Assembly: GCF_046119375.1 (NCBI RefSeq)
Contig: NW_027362767.1
Coordinates: 256,432,001-256,496,000 of the forward strand
Direction of reading: 5' to 3'
Length of the DNA: 64,000 nt
DNA from: Phyllobates terribilis
Taxonomy: Eukaryota
In this document: in pieces, positions 24,145-36,800 of the stretch
Numbering within the stretch: position 1 is the first letter of the stretch
Layout: each line of letters starts with the position of its first letter
Translations under genes and position numbers: made by a program
Notes under the pieces: model-generated
The model's database searches: none
What the model saw: the letters and a program-made list of their open reading frames with translations, nothing else
Told to the model about the DNA's origin: nothing

Positions 24145-27100
24145 CTATATCTGAGATTTAGGGTGGACGATGCAGACCTGGAGGGAACATGGAGGAGGTA
24201 TTTATCACTGGGGCTTCCCTGGTGGTGGGGCAGTAACTTACAGGAATATATACGCTTCTTATAGTCACCTCTACTGGCCATCTACAGTACATTATTTTTA
24301 TATTTTCACCACACACTGGTGTAGAAAGACAGGGACACCACTGATCTAAGCCTTCTACCTCCAGATTGGTGCTGTTGGTTACAAACAGGCATGAAAAGAT
24401 GTCTCCATGAAAGATACTTTGTTCTGGGACCTCAGATATGTGAAGCATGAGGACAGATTAATAGAAGCTGGTGTCGGAGCCTTTGATGCTCTTACCTTCA
24501 GGATGAGAGAGGCTGAGCTTTACTGTTAGTGGCACCCACAGGGAAGGGACGATGTCTCTTACAAGATGCTCTTCTGGTAACACTGGACCTGCAGACTGAC
24601 AATACATGAGCTATACACCGATGCACACTTATCGGCTAGACATATTCCTTCTCATCTTCCTACACTGTAGTCCATTATTTTCTCCATATACTGATGCAAT
24701 TTCCTAACCTGCCAATTATCGAGATGATTTGTGTCTAATGCCTGTCCCAACGTCCAGCGAAAACCTCGCTGTTGAGGTATAACTGGTTTTCTTTCACAAT
24801 GGTCCTTGTCACAAGGACAGCTAAATGATCCCTACAGTGTGAGAGCAAACAGCTCCTCCTATCTCAGCTTCCTGGACCCTGTGGACCTACAGTAAGGCTA
24901 TGTGCACACAATGCGGTTTTTATGAGTTTCCGCCGCGGAAACACATTAAAACCGCGTGTTAATAGGTCTGCCATGTATAGCAACGGTAATCCGCATGTGC
25001 TGTGCACATGATGCGGAAATTTCCGCTCCGGATTACCATTGTGGTACAATCCGCAGCATTACCATGACTAACATGATTCCGTGGTGAATTCAACGTCCAT
25101 TGACTTGCATTGAATCGCAGCAAACCCGCAGGTAGAATATCGATACATGCAGAATTGCTGCGTTTCAATGAAATCAATAGGCGCGGAATCGCGCTGCGGG
25201 TGGTACCCGGGTCGGGAGAGGAGGCTGCTACTCCACTCCGACCGCTGCTTTGGTTGATAACAGCGAGAGCAGCATGGATGGAAAGAGCAGCAGTCTGCTC
25301 TTCCCAGCCCGCCTGCCCCTGATAGTAAAAAAAAAAAAAAAAGTAAAAATAAAGCTTTATACTCACCTGTCCAGCGTCCCCGGTGGCCAGCAGTACACTG
25401 CAGGGCACAGGCTCGCGCCCCGCAGTGTACCGAGCTGCCAGGACATGCAGTGACGTCACAAATCCGCTGATGGTCACGTGACCATCAGCTGACAAGTGTC
25501 GGCAGCGCTCAGCTGATGGTTAGTGACAGCAGCGCTCAGCTGATGATCACGTGACCATGAGCTGAGCGCTGCTGTCACTTATCAGCTGATGGTCACCCTG
25601 GGAACATTCGCAAGAATGTTCCCACGGTGTTTAGCTCACTGGGGCTGATCTTCAGCTGATCAACTCCAGTGACCTCCTGCAGCAGTATGTATACTGACAG
25701 GGGTGATTTTATACCCCTGTCAGTATACATTGCTGTCTTCTACACCAGTGACATCAGTGATGGCTGATATCACTGCTGTAAAAGTGACCCAGATCGTCGT
25801 GGGACACTCGTTGACGGCGGACAGGTGAGGGATATGTTTGGGTTTTTTGGGGGGTTTTTATGGAGATCGCGGGCTTCACGGAGGTGTGTAATAAAAAAAA
25901 TTGTAGAAGCGTGTGTGTGTTTTATTTAATTAAAATACTTTATTCTGGCCGTGTGTTTTATTGAAAAGGCGGCGACTATTTTACTACGCGGTTAGTAATG
26001 GTGGTGTCTTATAGACGCCCTCCATTACTAACCTTGGCTTCACGTCAGCCGCCAATACAAGGCTGACGTGAACCCCAACCCCATTACCCGACTCATCACC
26101 GCTACAGGGCAGTGGGAAGAGCGAGGCTAAGCGCCAGATTTGGCGCATCTTATGGATACGCCATTTCTGGGACTGCTGAGAGGTGATATTAATATCCGCA
26201 GAGGGGGCTAGTATTCATGGCCCCTTCCCTGGCTATTCATATCAGCCCGCAGCTGTCTAGTTTAGCCTTTGCTGGTTAGATTTTATAGGGGGAACCCACG
26301 TCAATTTTTTTTTCGGAAGTCCCGCTGTATTCTAGCCAGTAAAGGCTAAACAAACAGCTGTGGGCTGATAATATCCAGGGAACATTTTTGGATAATGGCC
26401 CCTTCCGCGGCTACTAATATCAGTCCTCAGTGGTCGGCTTTCCCTCTACCTGCTATAAAAATGACGCGGGAGCCCACGCCATTTTTTTTTTTTTTTTTTT
26501 CATTTTAGTCTCTGTGCCCACGATCTGGACATAGCAGCGCTTTGGATGCAAATTTTTTCTGCATCCAAAACGTTGCATTCTATTGAACGCAGGTAAATCC
26601 AGATGTGTTCACTGAACCATGCTGCTTTACCGCATACGATACTTTCTAGTGGTCAAATTTCTGTTGCGCAGACTAGAGACTCCGCAAGAGAATTTGACAT
26701 GCTGCGGTCCTGAAAGACACGCTGTATATCAGTGTCCACGAGTGATTCGCAGCCTCTGATGCACGCATAGTGCACATGGGATTTCTAGAGATCCCATCCA
26801 CTATGCTGTAACATCTAGACACTGCGGGTTTAACGCTGTATAAACATGCAGCGTCAAACCTGCAGCGGCTCCTGACCGTGGCCATGTACCCAAATTCACC
26901 CGTAGCATGTCAATTTCTGTAGTGGACACGCTAGTCTCTGCTGCAGATTTTGACCGATTGAAGTGTCATTATATGCATTGGATTCACATGTACCGACAAC
27001 AAAAGTGCTGCATTAGAACACCATGTTTTGGACGCAACATAAACACGTTGTGTCCCAAGCGCCACTGAGTGCTGATTGGGAAGTAGTGGCTAAAGAACCA

Positions 27101-30059
27101 GCTGTGAAATGTTAATTATGGCCAGAGAAAATGTTTGCCTAATGGCACCTTCCCAGGCTAAAATTAACAGCTCACAGCAGCCGCATAAATTACACGAACA
27201 GAAATGCTAATGAAGATTGGGTGAATGGGACTAGCTGACACCTAGCTCTTTTGTTTGGTTATGTCTAGGTGTCAATCAGACCTTTTCATGACCAAACTTA
27301 ATTAAAGTAGAGTAAACAGTTAAATAAACACAAAGACACAGTGTAAACACTTTATTTGAATTACAGCAGACACATTCTTTAATCATTTAAAAGAACCAAT
27401 ATACTCACCCCATTTCTATGGTAATCCAAGGGTTTAAGCAATGTCCCACCAAATAACTTTATGTTGGCTCCAAAAAGTATTCATTGATGTACAAAAACGC
27501 TTAAAAAAACTCATGTAAAAACCGCATGCATTTTTTCTGCCAGGGAGAGGCAAAAACACTCAGAAAATTTCTGCTTCAAATCCTGAACTTGTGCACATAC
27601 CCTAAGGAGGCTATGGATATTTTGTCATTATAGCTGAATGTCTAATTATGTAAACAATTAGAACTTGCTGCCATATTGTTACATGTCAGTGGATGGTACA
27701 TTGCTATATTGATGCTTTGTAGAGAGTAGGATGTTTGCGGTAGATCTCACCCAGCCAGCGCAGAACCGCTCCCTCTTTGTGCATGGCGTTGACCACATCT
27801 TCTCGCCCCAGAGACTTCAGCTCTTGCGCCAGTCTCCGCAGCTGTTTCTCATTATCTGGATGATCCTGAAAGGCCACTAAGAAATCCTTCACGCCTAGAG
27901 GTTGTCTGGTCTGTGGGCAAATGTGAAATGCTCAGTTATTGGCTCCGTGCCATGAATACTGCAGCAATATGTTCTGTAATGTGAACTATGTCCTCAGTCG
28001 CTTTTATAGGCCTGATTCAAACTCTAAGGCCGGAGTCACACGAGCGTATAACATGGCCGAGTGCTATGAGATAAAACATCACATCGCACTTGGTTGGCCC
28101 AGGGTTATTCTATCGGGCTGCTCACATCTGCGATTATTTTCTCATGCCGATTCGGCATGCTGCAAATGGATGCGAGAATGGAATCGAACTCACCGATACA
28201 AGTCTATGGGTGCATGTGAAACAAAGCACTGCACTCAGATGTTATCAGAGTGCAATGTGATTACTGCGGATGCCGACAAAGAAGGCGATGGAGAAATTAC
28301 CTTCTCCGTCTCCTTCGCAGATGCGCTGCGATTCTCTCATGCTAGGTAATTGGAGCACTGACACTCGGCTCACACTCGCAGCAGAGCTGGGGCTGAGTGT
28401 CGTTAGCATCTCACATTGGAGGCTATACGCTAATGTCATCCCGGCCTAGAGCATGTGTCCAGCGCCTTTATGGCGGCACACAAAGTTCTGTACTATTAGC
28501 AGCCCTTCTAGTTTAGCTGCCAGATGATACACAGTGACATGTCATTGACATTCTGGTATTGCATCATAACATCGTATCTAATGATCTCCTATAGTGTCGC
28601 CCTGCATCCTGTTACATACCGCAAATGTTTCCAGATGTGCTGGATTTTCTGTCCTTAGTCGCAAGTTACCACAAATGTCAAAAATCACAGCACTAAATAG
28701 TTGCGCTACAGAAAGTCACAGCCATATTGCACAGATGTAAAAAGTACAAAGGTAAAAAGACAAGCTGCTCAGGGCTGAGCAAGGCAAACCAATGCTTACC
28801 ACTGAGCCACCATGTCATGTATGTAAAGCAAGACACAAAAGGAGTGCCCATAGGCACAGACTGCTGCTTGCCAGCCAATAAAGCTACAGCCCCAATATGA
28901 GCTGCCTGCCAAACTATACGGCGATAGCTGGACGGCACTAGTGAACTGGGAGTATGTAATGTTCATCACTGCCAGAAAATACAAAGAAACCAATATATCA
29001 ACATGGAGCCATAACACTGTATTACAACAGCTGTCCTGACTTGCTATATATATATATATATATATATATATGAATGCATTGTGGCAAAAGCACTGACCAC
29101 TCTGATGGGAGGATACAGGGAGGCACCTACCATTGATAAACTGAGCAAAGAGTTAAGTGTGTCAACTATTTCTTCATTCAAAGCGGGAAGTTTGTGAAAG
29201 GCAGAAATTACGTCCGGAGACCAGCGACAATCTGAGAAGAAAATGAACTTGTGAATGTATCTATAAGATGCCAACCCCGCCAAGGCGCACGTCGTTGGGC
29301 CCAATCTGAAATGGCTGGCAACAGGGAGCGACAGATTGCATGCAAATCCATAGCAATGGGAGGTAAGAAGAATTATTAAAAGAGACAATAACAAAAACTT
29401 TTTATTAACACCTCACCCCCAATTTATATATTCGAGTGAATATTCAGGGCGGATCATCCCTTTAAGTTGCCCCTTTTGGGACATTATGATTCTTACCTGT
29501 AGCTGCTGTGGGAGGGACAGAGCAAGAAATCTGCAGACTTGTAGTAGAATTACGTGCAATAGAAATCTGCAGACTTTTAGTGGAAAAAGGTTCACAAGAA
29601 AGCAATGGACCAATAGAGGGAATAGTCTCTGTGGGGTCATCGTGTTCCTCGGCTATATTCCTGACCTCGCTGTGATCTTCCATCTCATCATCCTCCACCG
29701 GGCCACATCTCACTGCAAGAGGAAGGATATAATAAAGATAAAAACATGGTCCATGGAGGAGCAGCTTGCCCACATGATGCCCCAATAGTGTACGTCTGCC
29801 ACAGTCACTAGGTGAAAAGCCTTTACAATTAATCCCCAGCTTCAATGTCCCAATGACAGCATTGCCTGGCCTATTCTTAGGCAGGTCAGTCTCATAGATA
29901 ATCTCAATGTGTCCATATAGATCACTGGAGTTATGATGTGGACATTGATGTGGGTGGTTGGATCCATGTCAACGATGAATTACCAGCAGAGTCCTGCTAT
30001 GATTGATGTACCCAGAGAACAGTGCCATGTGCAATTTTACCTGGATTGCGGTAATCCAT
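24145..30059 (-). CDS. Candidate uncharacterised multi-exon gene (~292 aa)
   Basis: Phase-consistent GT-AG chain: 30059-30041, 29712-29497, 29231-29131, 28905-28800, 28705-28620, 27910-27751, 24588-24496, 24423-24359, 24177-24145. An alternative stop at 27704 applies if the 27751 donor is unused. In-frame 36-bp duplication in exon 2. No homologue recognised. Confidence 0.5.
24896..26891. mobile_element. ~2-kb non-autonomous DNA element with GGCTATGTGCACAC-type termini
   Basis: Related inverted copy at 49857-51860; internal CAGCTGATGGTCAC repeats and a terminal module at 26508-26891. Confidence 0.75.
28028..28446. mobile_element. MITE (GGCCGGAGTCACAC termini)
   Basis: TAA|GGCCGG...CCGGCC|TAG. 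Confidence 0.7.
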
Positions 30060-30236
30060 GTCCGTCAGGTCTCGTGTAAATCTTCTCTCCTTTCTTTGTA
30101 TAAAAGTGAAACCAACACAGCAGCAAAAATGAAAGGAAATGCTTCGTCTGTGTTCCTCTTACGAGTTGATGATGGGTGTGTGTCCTAATAAAAGCCTGTC
30201 ATTTACTCAATCGCTTCGCCTTCAGCATGAATTTAA

Positions 30237-30440
30237 AGGGAGTTGTCACCAAATTGTTTCCCTATGAGTGATCACGCAGACTAACATTTCAGAATAGCTC
30301 TTATAACACTGGACTCCTGGGTTCAGCTGTGTCCTAGTGCTGCCAAAGTACCAGCCTGGGGCAGCAACTCCCATCCCACGTACAGTACGTCTTTCCTCTT
30401 CTTTTAGGCTGGTCACAGGGGTCAGGTGACACACTTCCCT
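30237..30440. mobile_element. TTAA-flanked (T2/Kolobok-like) MITE
   Basis: TTAA|AGGGAGTTGTCACC...GGTGACACACTTCCCT|GTAA. Confidence 0.7.
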
Positions 30441-30740
30441 GTAAACCTGAATTGTGACAGCTAAGCAATATCCCCTTCTTTGTCCCCCTGGCTGCTACAT
30501 CTGAGATAACCGCTATTGCATCTCCTTTACACTTAACCCCTGACACCTGATCTACTGTCAACTTCACATGGAGTCTTTGGCAAAGCCCCATCATTGTGTA
30601 AAAAAACAGATCAAAGTGTAGTCTCTACTGCTAAAAAAAGGCGACAGCCTGCCTGGTATCTGTTTTGGCATCTGACACATTTCACTGCTCTGTGTGCACA
30701 GATTGTAATAATTACAGGCAATGATTATAATGGAGAAAAC

Positions 30741-30746
30741 TTTATT
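30741..30746 (-). terminator. SYCE1-like poly(A) signal
   Basis: AATAAA on the minus strand ~85 nt after the stop at 30830. Confidence 0.6.
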
Positions 30747-30829
30747 TAACAATACTTTTGACGAACTACAGAATAAAGCGAAGCAGAAATAACCCCTGGG
30801 ATGGAGAGGAGACCGGCGTGTTGTTGGTC

Positions 30830-33800
30830 CTATCTGGTGAATGAGAATAGGATACTGCTGGGCTGGAAAGCCCCCTTGCTGAGCTCCGTCTGGGGCTTCT
30901 CCGCCAGGGCCTGTGACACCTTAGGCAGCTTCCTTTCTGCATCTTCCAGCCGTGATTTCAGCCTGTCTCCCCAAAACAGACAGGACAAGATTAAGACAAG
31001 CACAGAGAAACTTCATTTTTCTGTTCATCTATACTGAATACACCAAGAGGACTTTCTGCAAGCAATTTCCCGTAACTTGTGAATGCAGCTCTGGATGTGA
31101 CTGGAGCAAAAGACAGAGTAACATCAGATGTATTTGGCATTAAAGGGAATCTGTCACCATGTATTTCCCACACCATTTAAGAGCAGCATAATGTAGGGGC
31201 AGAGACACTGATTCCAGTGATATATCACTTACCTTACTGGGCTGCTTGCTGCTGTTTTGATTAAAAACTGTTTTCTCTGCTGCAGATCTTTCAGTTCTCT
31301 GAATGCTGAGCTCAGTATATCCCCACCCACACCACTGATTGGCAGCTTTCTGTGTACACTGCGCATAGGCAGAAAGCTACCAATCAGTAGTGGGGGTGGG
31401 GTTAGACTACCTGGCAGCAGGTTTACTAGTCCTCTGGTGATAATCTCCTGTTGACAGGTTTAAGTCCATTTACACAAAGTGACTGTTGAGTAGCAATATA
31501 GATGTACTGTATTCAACAACTTTTCATAGTGCAGGTTATATGACATGACAGCTCAGAAGAGACAATGAGGATATGAGACAGATTTGTTTTTGCAGATTTT
31601 TCCTTTAACTCTTTCACACCATAATGTGAAAAAAATGTGTTACCGCCTCATTCTGTGAGTTTCATACTGACCTGTTATATGTGTTCAGCACTTCTGTCTG
31701 TCGCAGAGTTTCCTCTTCTATCATGACCTTGGAACGGTTGTTTTCCTCTTCAAATAGCTTTCTGTAAGGCCATAAGAGATGCATGCATGAAGAGACCGTG
31801 CTGGATATTATAGGCTAGATAAGTTATGCCACTTTTTTTAGGTTCCCAGAGTTCTAGGAAATCACCATGTGCAGCTAAAGTGGAACATCTTCCATTGAGA
31901 CAAGCAGTGACACTACTATGGCCTCTGCCGTATTTTACTATGCACAACGTTACATTTCAGAAACCTCTAAAAGGTCATTTTGATTCTCCCGGTTTGTCTC
32001 TAACCCTAATACACACTTATATACTGTATAGTCATTTAGTGCAAGAAGTCCCATGAGGGTGCTCTACGTGTCTCACATTGCACACGTCGCTTGCTCGCTG
32101 CGCAGGAAGAGATTTTCTGAAGTCAGGACACCTTTCTCTCTCAGGTCGGCCTCAGTTTCTTCAAGTTCCTGGAGCTTGGCTGACTTCTCCTTTTCTATGA
32201 TAACAAATGATAGCTTATATATCCAGTGTACATAACTGAGGCCTGTTGCGATAAGGGGCTCCATTCCTCACTGGTAAGTCAGCGATCCCTTACCTTCTAG
32301 TAGAAGCTCTTTTTTCCGCTCTTTCATTTCATCGGTCTCTGCTCCAAGTCTTTTTGCATCCTATAAACAACGCACATAATTCAATGAATGGTCAAGTCGT
32401 GTTTTACAAGGTGGTTCATGTCATCGGTGATCTGTAGGAAGAGCCAACATTTAGAACCGAATCCCTCTCCCATTGGGCTCCTAGATCCACAGTACCAATG
32501 TAGGGCGACACAATGAGTTATCATGGCTATCACTACTATATAGCGCTACACCATTTCACTATACAAATGTATATACACTGCTCAAAAAAATAAAGGGAAC
32601 ACTTAAACAACACAATGTAACTCCAAGTCAATAACACTTCTGTGAAATCTACTTGTCCAGTTATGAAGCAACACTGATTGTGAATCAATTTCTCCAGCTG
32701 TTGTGCAAATGGAACAGACAACTGGTAGAAATGATCGGCAATTAGCAAGATACCCCCTATAAAGGAGTGATTCTGCAGGTGGTGACCACAGACCATTTCT
32801 CTGTTCTCATCCTTTTTGGCTGTTGTTTTGGTCACTTTTTCATTTTGCCATTGCTCTCACCCTTAGGGGTACCGTAGCATGAGGCGGTGTCTACAGTACG
32901 ACCCACAGAAGTTGCTCAGGTAGTGCAGTTCATCCAGGATGGCACATCAGTGCGAGCTGTGGCAAGAAGGGTAGCTGTGTCTGTCAGCACAGTGTCCATG
33001 TGGCGCCCCTGAGGGTTCGACCGCCACAGGGATGCTGCACTTCTTTAATGGAGTGTAGTGTTCCTCCTCTGAGGTAAGAACAGTGTGATAGTCGTGACCC
33101 AACCTTTGCATCCAACACCACACTTCTCCACCAGGGGGGGCTAGTATGCACTAGGTGCTGCTCCCCTGGTTACAGGGAGACTGGGGAACCAAGAGAGAGG
33201 GGAACCAGTCAGTGGGTGAGGGTGGAGGACTTACAAGTTAGTTACACTTTAAATTTCATATTTAATAAAAAGCCATTTTGGTTCGAGGTCTTTTGATCGT
33301 CTTTAGCCTAGCTCTTTGACTGTCTTTATGCTGTCAATTGCTGAGGGCACTGTGATCTCCCCCCCTAACGCGGATCCTGTGTGGGCCTGCATCGGATGGA
33401 GACACAGCCCTCGTACCCTGGCCTTGGGACGAGGGGCAGGTTGTAGACAAGGAATGTCTCAACCTGGTCAAGGACCAGGACCAAGAAGGCCCGGAGCTTA
33501 AGAGTGTGGCTCCATAGCAAATGGATCCCAGGCAGGATGCAGACGGAGCGGTGTAAGCCACCTGTCCTCGCCATGCTGATATATTCAGAGAGAGTCCGGC
33601 TGCAAGAGGGGTACCGGCCCCCGACACCCGACCTTGCTACTCCATGTCCTGGTCGGGAAAGCCCGGTAGGCCCTGAGGATCCCACCGGGTATCGGATGGA
33701 GCGGAGCTGCCACCCGTACCCTTGTTCTGAGAGGAGTTCAGAGGGAGACCCGGCCTATTCGCCCACACACAGACAGGAAAGGGATTCAGTCTGTAGTTCA

Positions 33801-36800
33801 GGAACACTCTGGTGTAGGGTCCCGACTGAATGCTGGACTTACTCGGAGGTTGTCGGACCCCTGTCCCTGATGATCACAGGACTCCGCGGGGAGCAGGGAG
33901 TCGCCTTCCTTCTGCCATCTCTAATGTGAGTAAAGCCTTGGAAGTTCACCCCTATGGCCTCCGGACTGTTTATTCTGCACTACACCGCACGACGCGGCGC
34001 CCGTCTTCCTCTACTACTACCCTCTCCATCCTGTCCCTCTGCCCTGAGGCCTTGCTCTGCCTGTGGGGAGTAGTAATAACTCTGGCCGCCATCACACCAT
34101 GCCTCAGCGGACTGCAGCGGCTCTGGTGGCCTTCACCAGGTGCCACAGGTGGCGTAGTCATAAATCAGCTACTCAACCCGGATAAGCCCACACCATCCTT
34201 TTAATGTGACGGCCCTGGGCACGGAGCGGGTCCGGGCCACGGCTACACCCCATCTCTACATCACAGGACCCGACTCCGAGTCCCCCATCTCCCAGGGTAA
34301 AGAAAAGGGCTTTTCGAGTAGAGGCGTCACATCCAGAGCATGGAGCAGATACCAGAAGACGTGGAGGGGCCGTAGGAGGGCAACAACCCAGCAGCAGGAC
34401 CGATACCTCCTCCTTTGTGCAAGGAGGAACAGGAGGAGCACTGCCAGAGCCCTGCAAAATGTGCTCACAGCCCAACACTGTGCAGGACGCTTGCATTCGC
34501 CACAGAACACCAGGATTGGCAAAGTCGCCACTGGTGCCCTGTGCTCTTCACAGATGAAAGCAGGTTCACACTGAGCACATGTGACAGACGTGACAGAGTC
34601 TGGAGACGCCGTGGAGAGCGATCTGCTGCCTGCAACATCCTTCAGCATGACCGGTTTGGCAGTGGGTCAGTAATGGTGTGGGATGGCATTTCTTTGGAGG
34701 GCCGCACAGCCCTCCATGTGCTCGCCAGAGGTAGCCTGACTGCCATTAGGTACTGAGATGAGATCCTCAGACCCCTTGTGAGACCATATGCTGGTGCGGT
34801 TGGCCCTGGGTTCCTCCTAATGCAGGACAATGCCAGACCTCATGTGGCTGGAGTGTGTCAGTAGTTCCTGCAAGATGAAGACACTGAAGCTATGGACTGG
34901 CCCGCCCGTTCCCCAGACCTGAATCAGATTGACCACATCTGGGACATCATGTCTCGCTCCATCCACCAATGTCACGTTGCACCACAGACTGTCCAGGAGT
35001 TGGCGGATGCTTTAGTCCAGGTCTGGGAGGAGATCCCACAGGAGACCATCCGCAACCTCATCAGGAGCATGCCCAGGCATTGTAGGGAGGTCATACAGGC
35101 ACGTGGAGGCCACACACAATACTGAGCCTCATTTTGACTTCTTTTAAGGACATTACATCAAAGTTGCATCAGCCTGTAGTGTGTTTTTCCACTTTAATTT
35201 TGGGGGTGACTCCAAATCCAGGCCTCCATTGGTTAATAAATTTGATTTCCATTGATGATTTTTGTGTGATTTTGTTGTCAGCACATTCAACTTTGTACAG
35301 AACAAAGTTTTCAATGAGAATATTTCATTCATTCAGATCTAGGATGTGTTATTTCAGTGTTCCCGTTATTTTTTTGAGCAGTGTATATTGGTCTTCATTC
35401 GGAAATTATCGGACCTGTAATATAACATAGTGTGGACACCATAGTGTTAGTCACATGATTCCCTTACCCCGTCATCTACTTACATAAAACTTTGCCAGCG
35501 CCTTGTGCTGTTTCATCAGATCCTCCATTTGATCCTGAAATTCAATCCTATATCGGTATAGAAAAAAAATAATTAAGTTCAGAAGTGTGCTGAACTTTGT
35601 GGACTGGTCACATCCATGTGCAGATCCTTGTGCTTTCCGTATAGTGGATGGGTGCAGCAGCTGCCTACTATTTACATGCACCAGTTTGGTCCATGAATTT
35701 GGCCAGACTAGTGCATGCTGTGATTTTTTTACATGCAGATCTGAGATCCATGTGGAAAGTAATATAACATTGGGTCTATGTGCTGTCCATAGTGCATAAA
35801 GACTGCACACGGATCAAAAATACGCTTGTGTAAACTTAGCCAAAGGTGGATCCTAAAACTATGGTGATTCATTGGCTGAATCCAGCGTTTTATTCCCTCA
35901 CCTCTGTTTTCTCTGCTTTAGCTTCTCTTCCTTAATTTTGGTGGTCAGATCATCAATCCTCTTTTTGCTTTCCTCGGCTTGCTCCAGCATTCTGCGCCAA
36001 TGTAAAGCATGCAGTGAGATGACGGTGGCGGCACACCTCAGTCCTATTCTTCTCTACTGCGGAGTGGATCGTTTAGTGCAAGTACCATGAGTAGTAGTCC
36101 AGTCCTTGTGTCACTACAGATGCTGTATTTTAGCCCAGGTTTAGACTATGGTGTATTGTTTTTGTTACCCTCTCAAATCCTTCATTGCTGACGTGTACTC
36201 AGTCTTCTCTCAGCATGAGGTGGTCCATGTCCATGGCCGGTACAAGGAACCTCCCAGATAGTGATATTCCTGTGAATGTGCTGCCTGTAAGGTTTGCTGT
36301 TTTGCTTTGATTATGTATTGTCCTGTAGGTCTAATATTTGGTGTCAGGGAAGTCCCCTGTAATCACAATGCTACCTCTGTGTCACAGGCATATATAAGGA
36401 CCCCAACAAACAGCCCCTCATATCTCAGCTTTCCGGGACCCTGTGCGTGCACATGAGAGAAGTGGGAGATTCCCATCTAAATATTTAGAATTTAGGTTCA
36501 ACTTTCCAGATCAAGTTAGAAAACTCCTTAAAGGGGCTGTCCAGTCCTCCCTAAGTATCACATGATCCCCGTACAATAAAAAAGTATGCAATCACATCAT
36601 ATAGTCAGTGTTCACTCTGCTTCCTGTCAGTGAATAGCAAGGTATTACTGAGCGCACTAAGCACAAAAGTAACACCACCTCCACTTACTTCTTTTCTTTC
36701 TTTAACTGATTGTCACGTTTTAGCTTTAGAAGTCGGACGGTTTCTAAAAGAAAATGTAGATATTTTGTTCTGTTACATTTTATGAGATGATGTAAAGGTT

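Noticed and set aside
24709-24804. Extra exon DHCERK...LDNWQ for the candidate gene
   Set aside because: Its phase 0-0 does not fit between the phase-1 neighbours, and the acceptor is weak.
27704-27910. Definite death-domain protein
   Set aside because: Only the last-helix pattern resembles a death fold and the typical Trp/Leu-Ala helix is not evident; left as unassigned.
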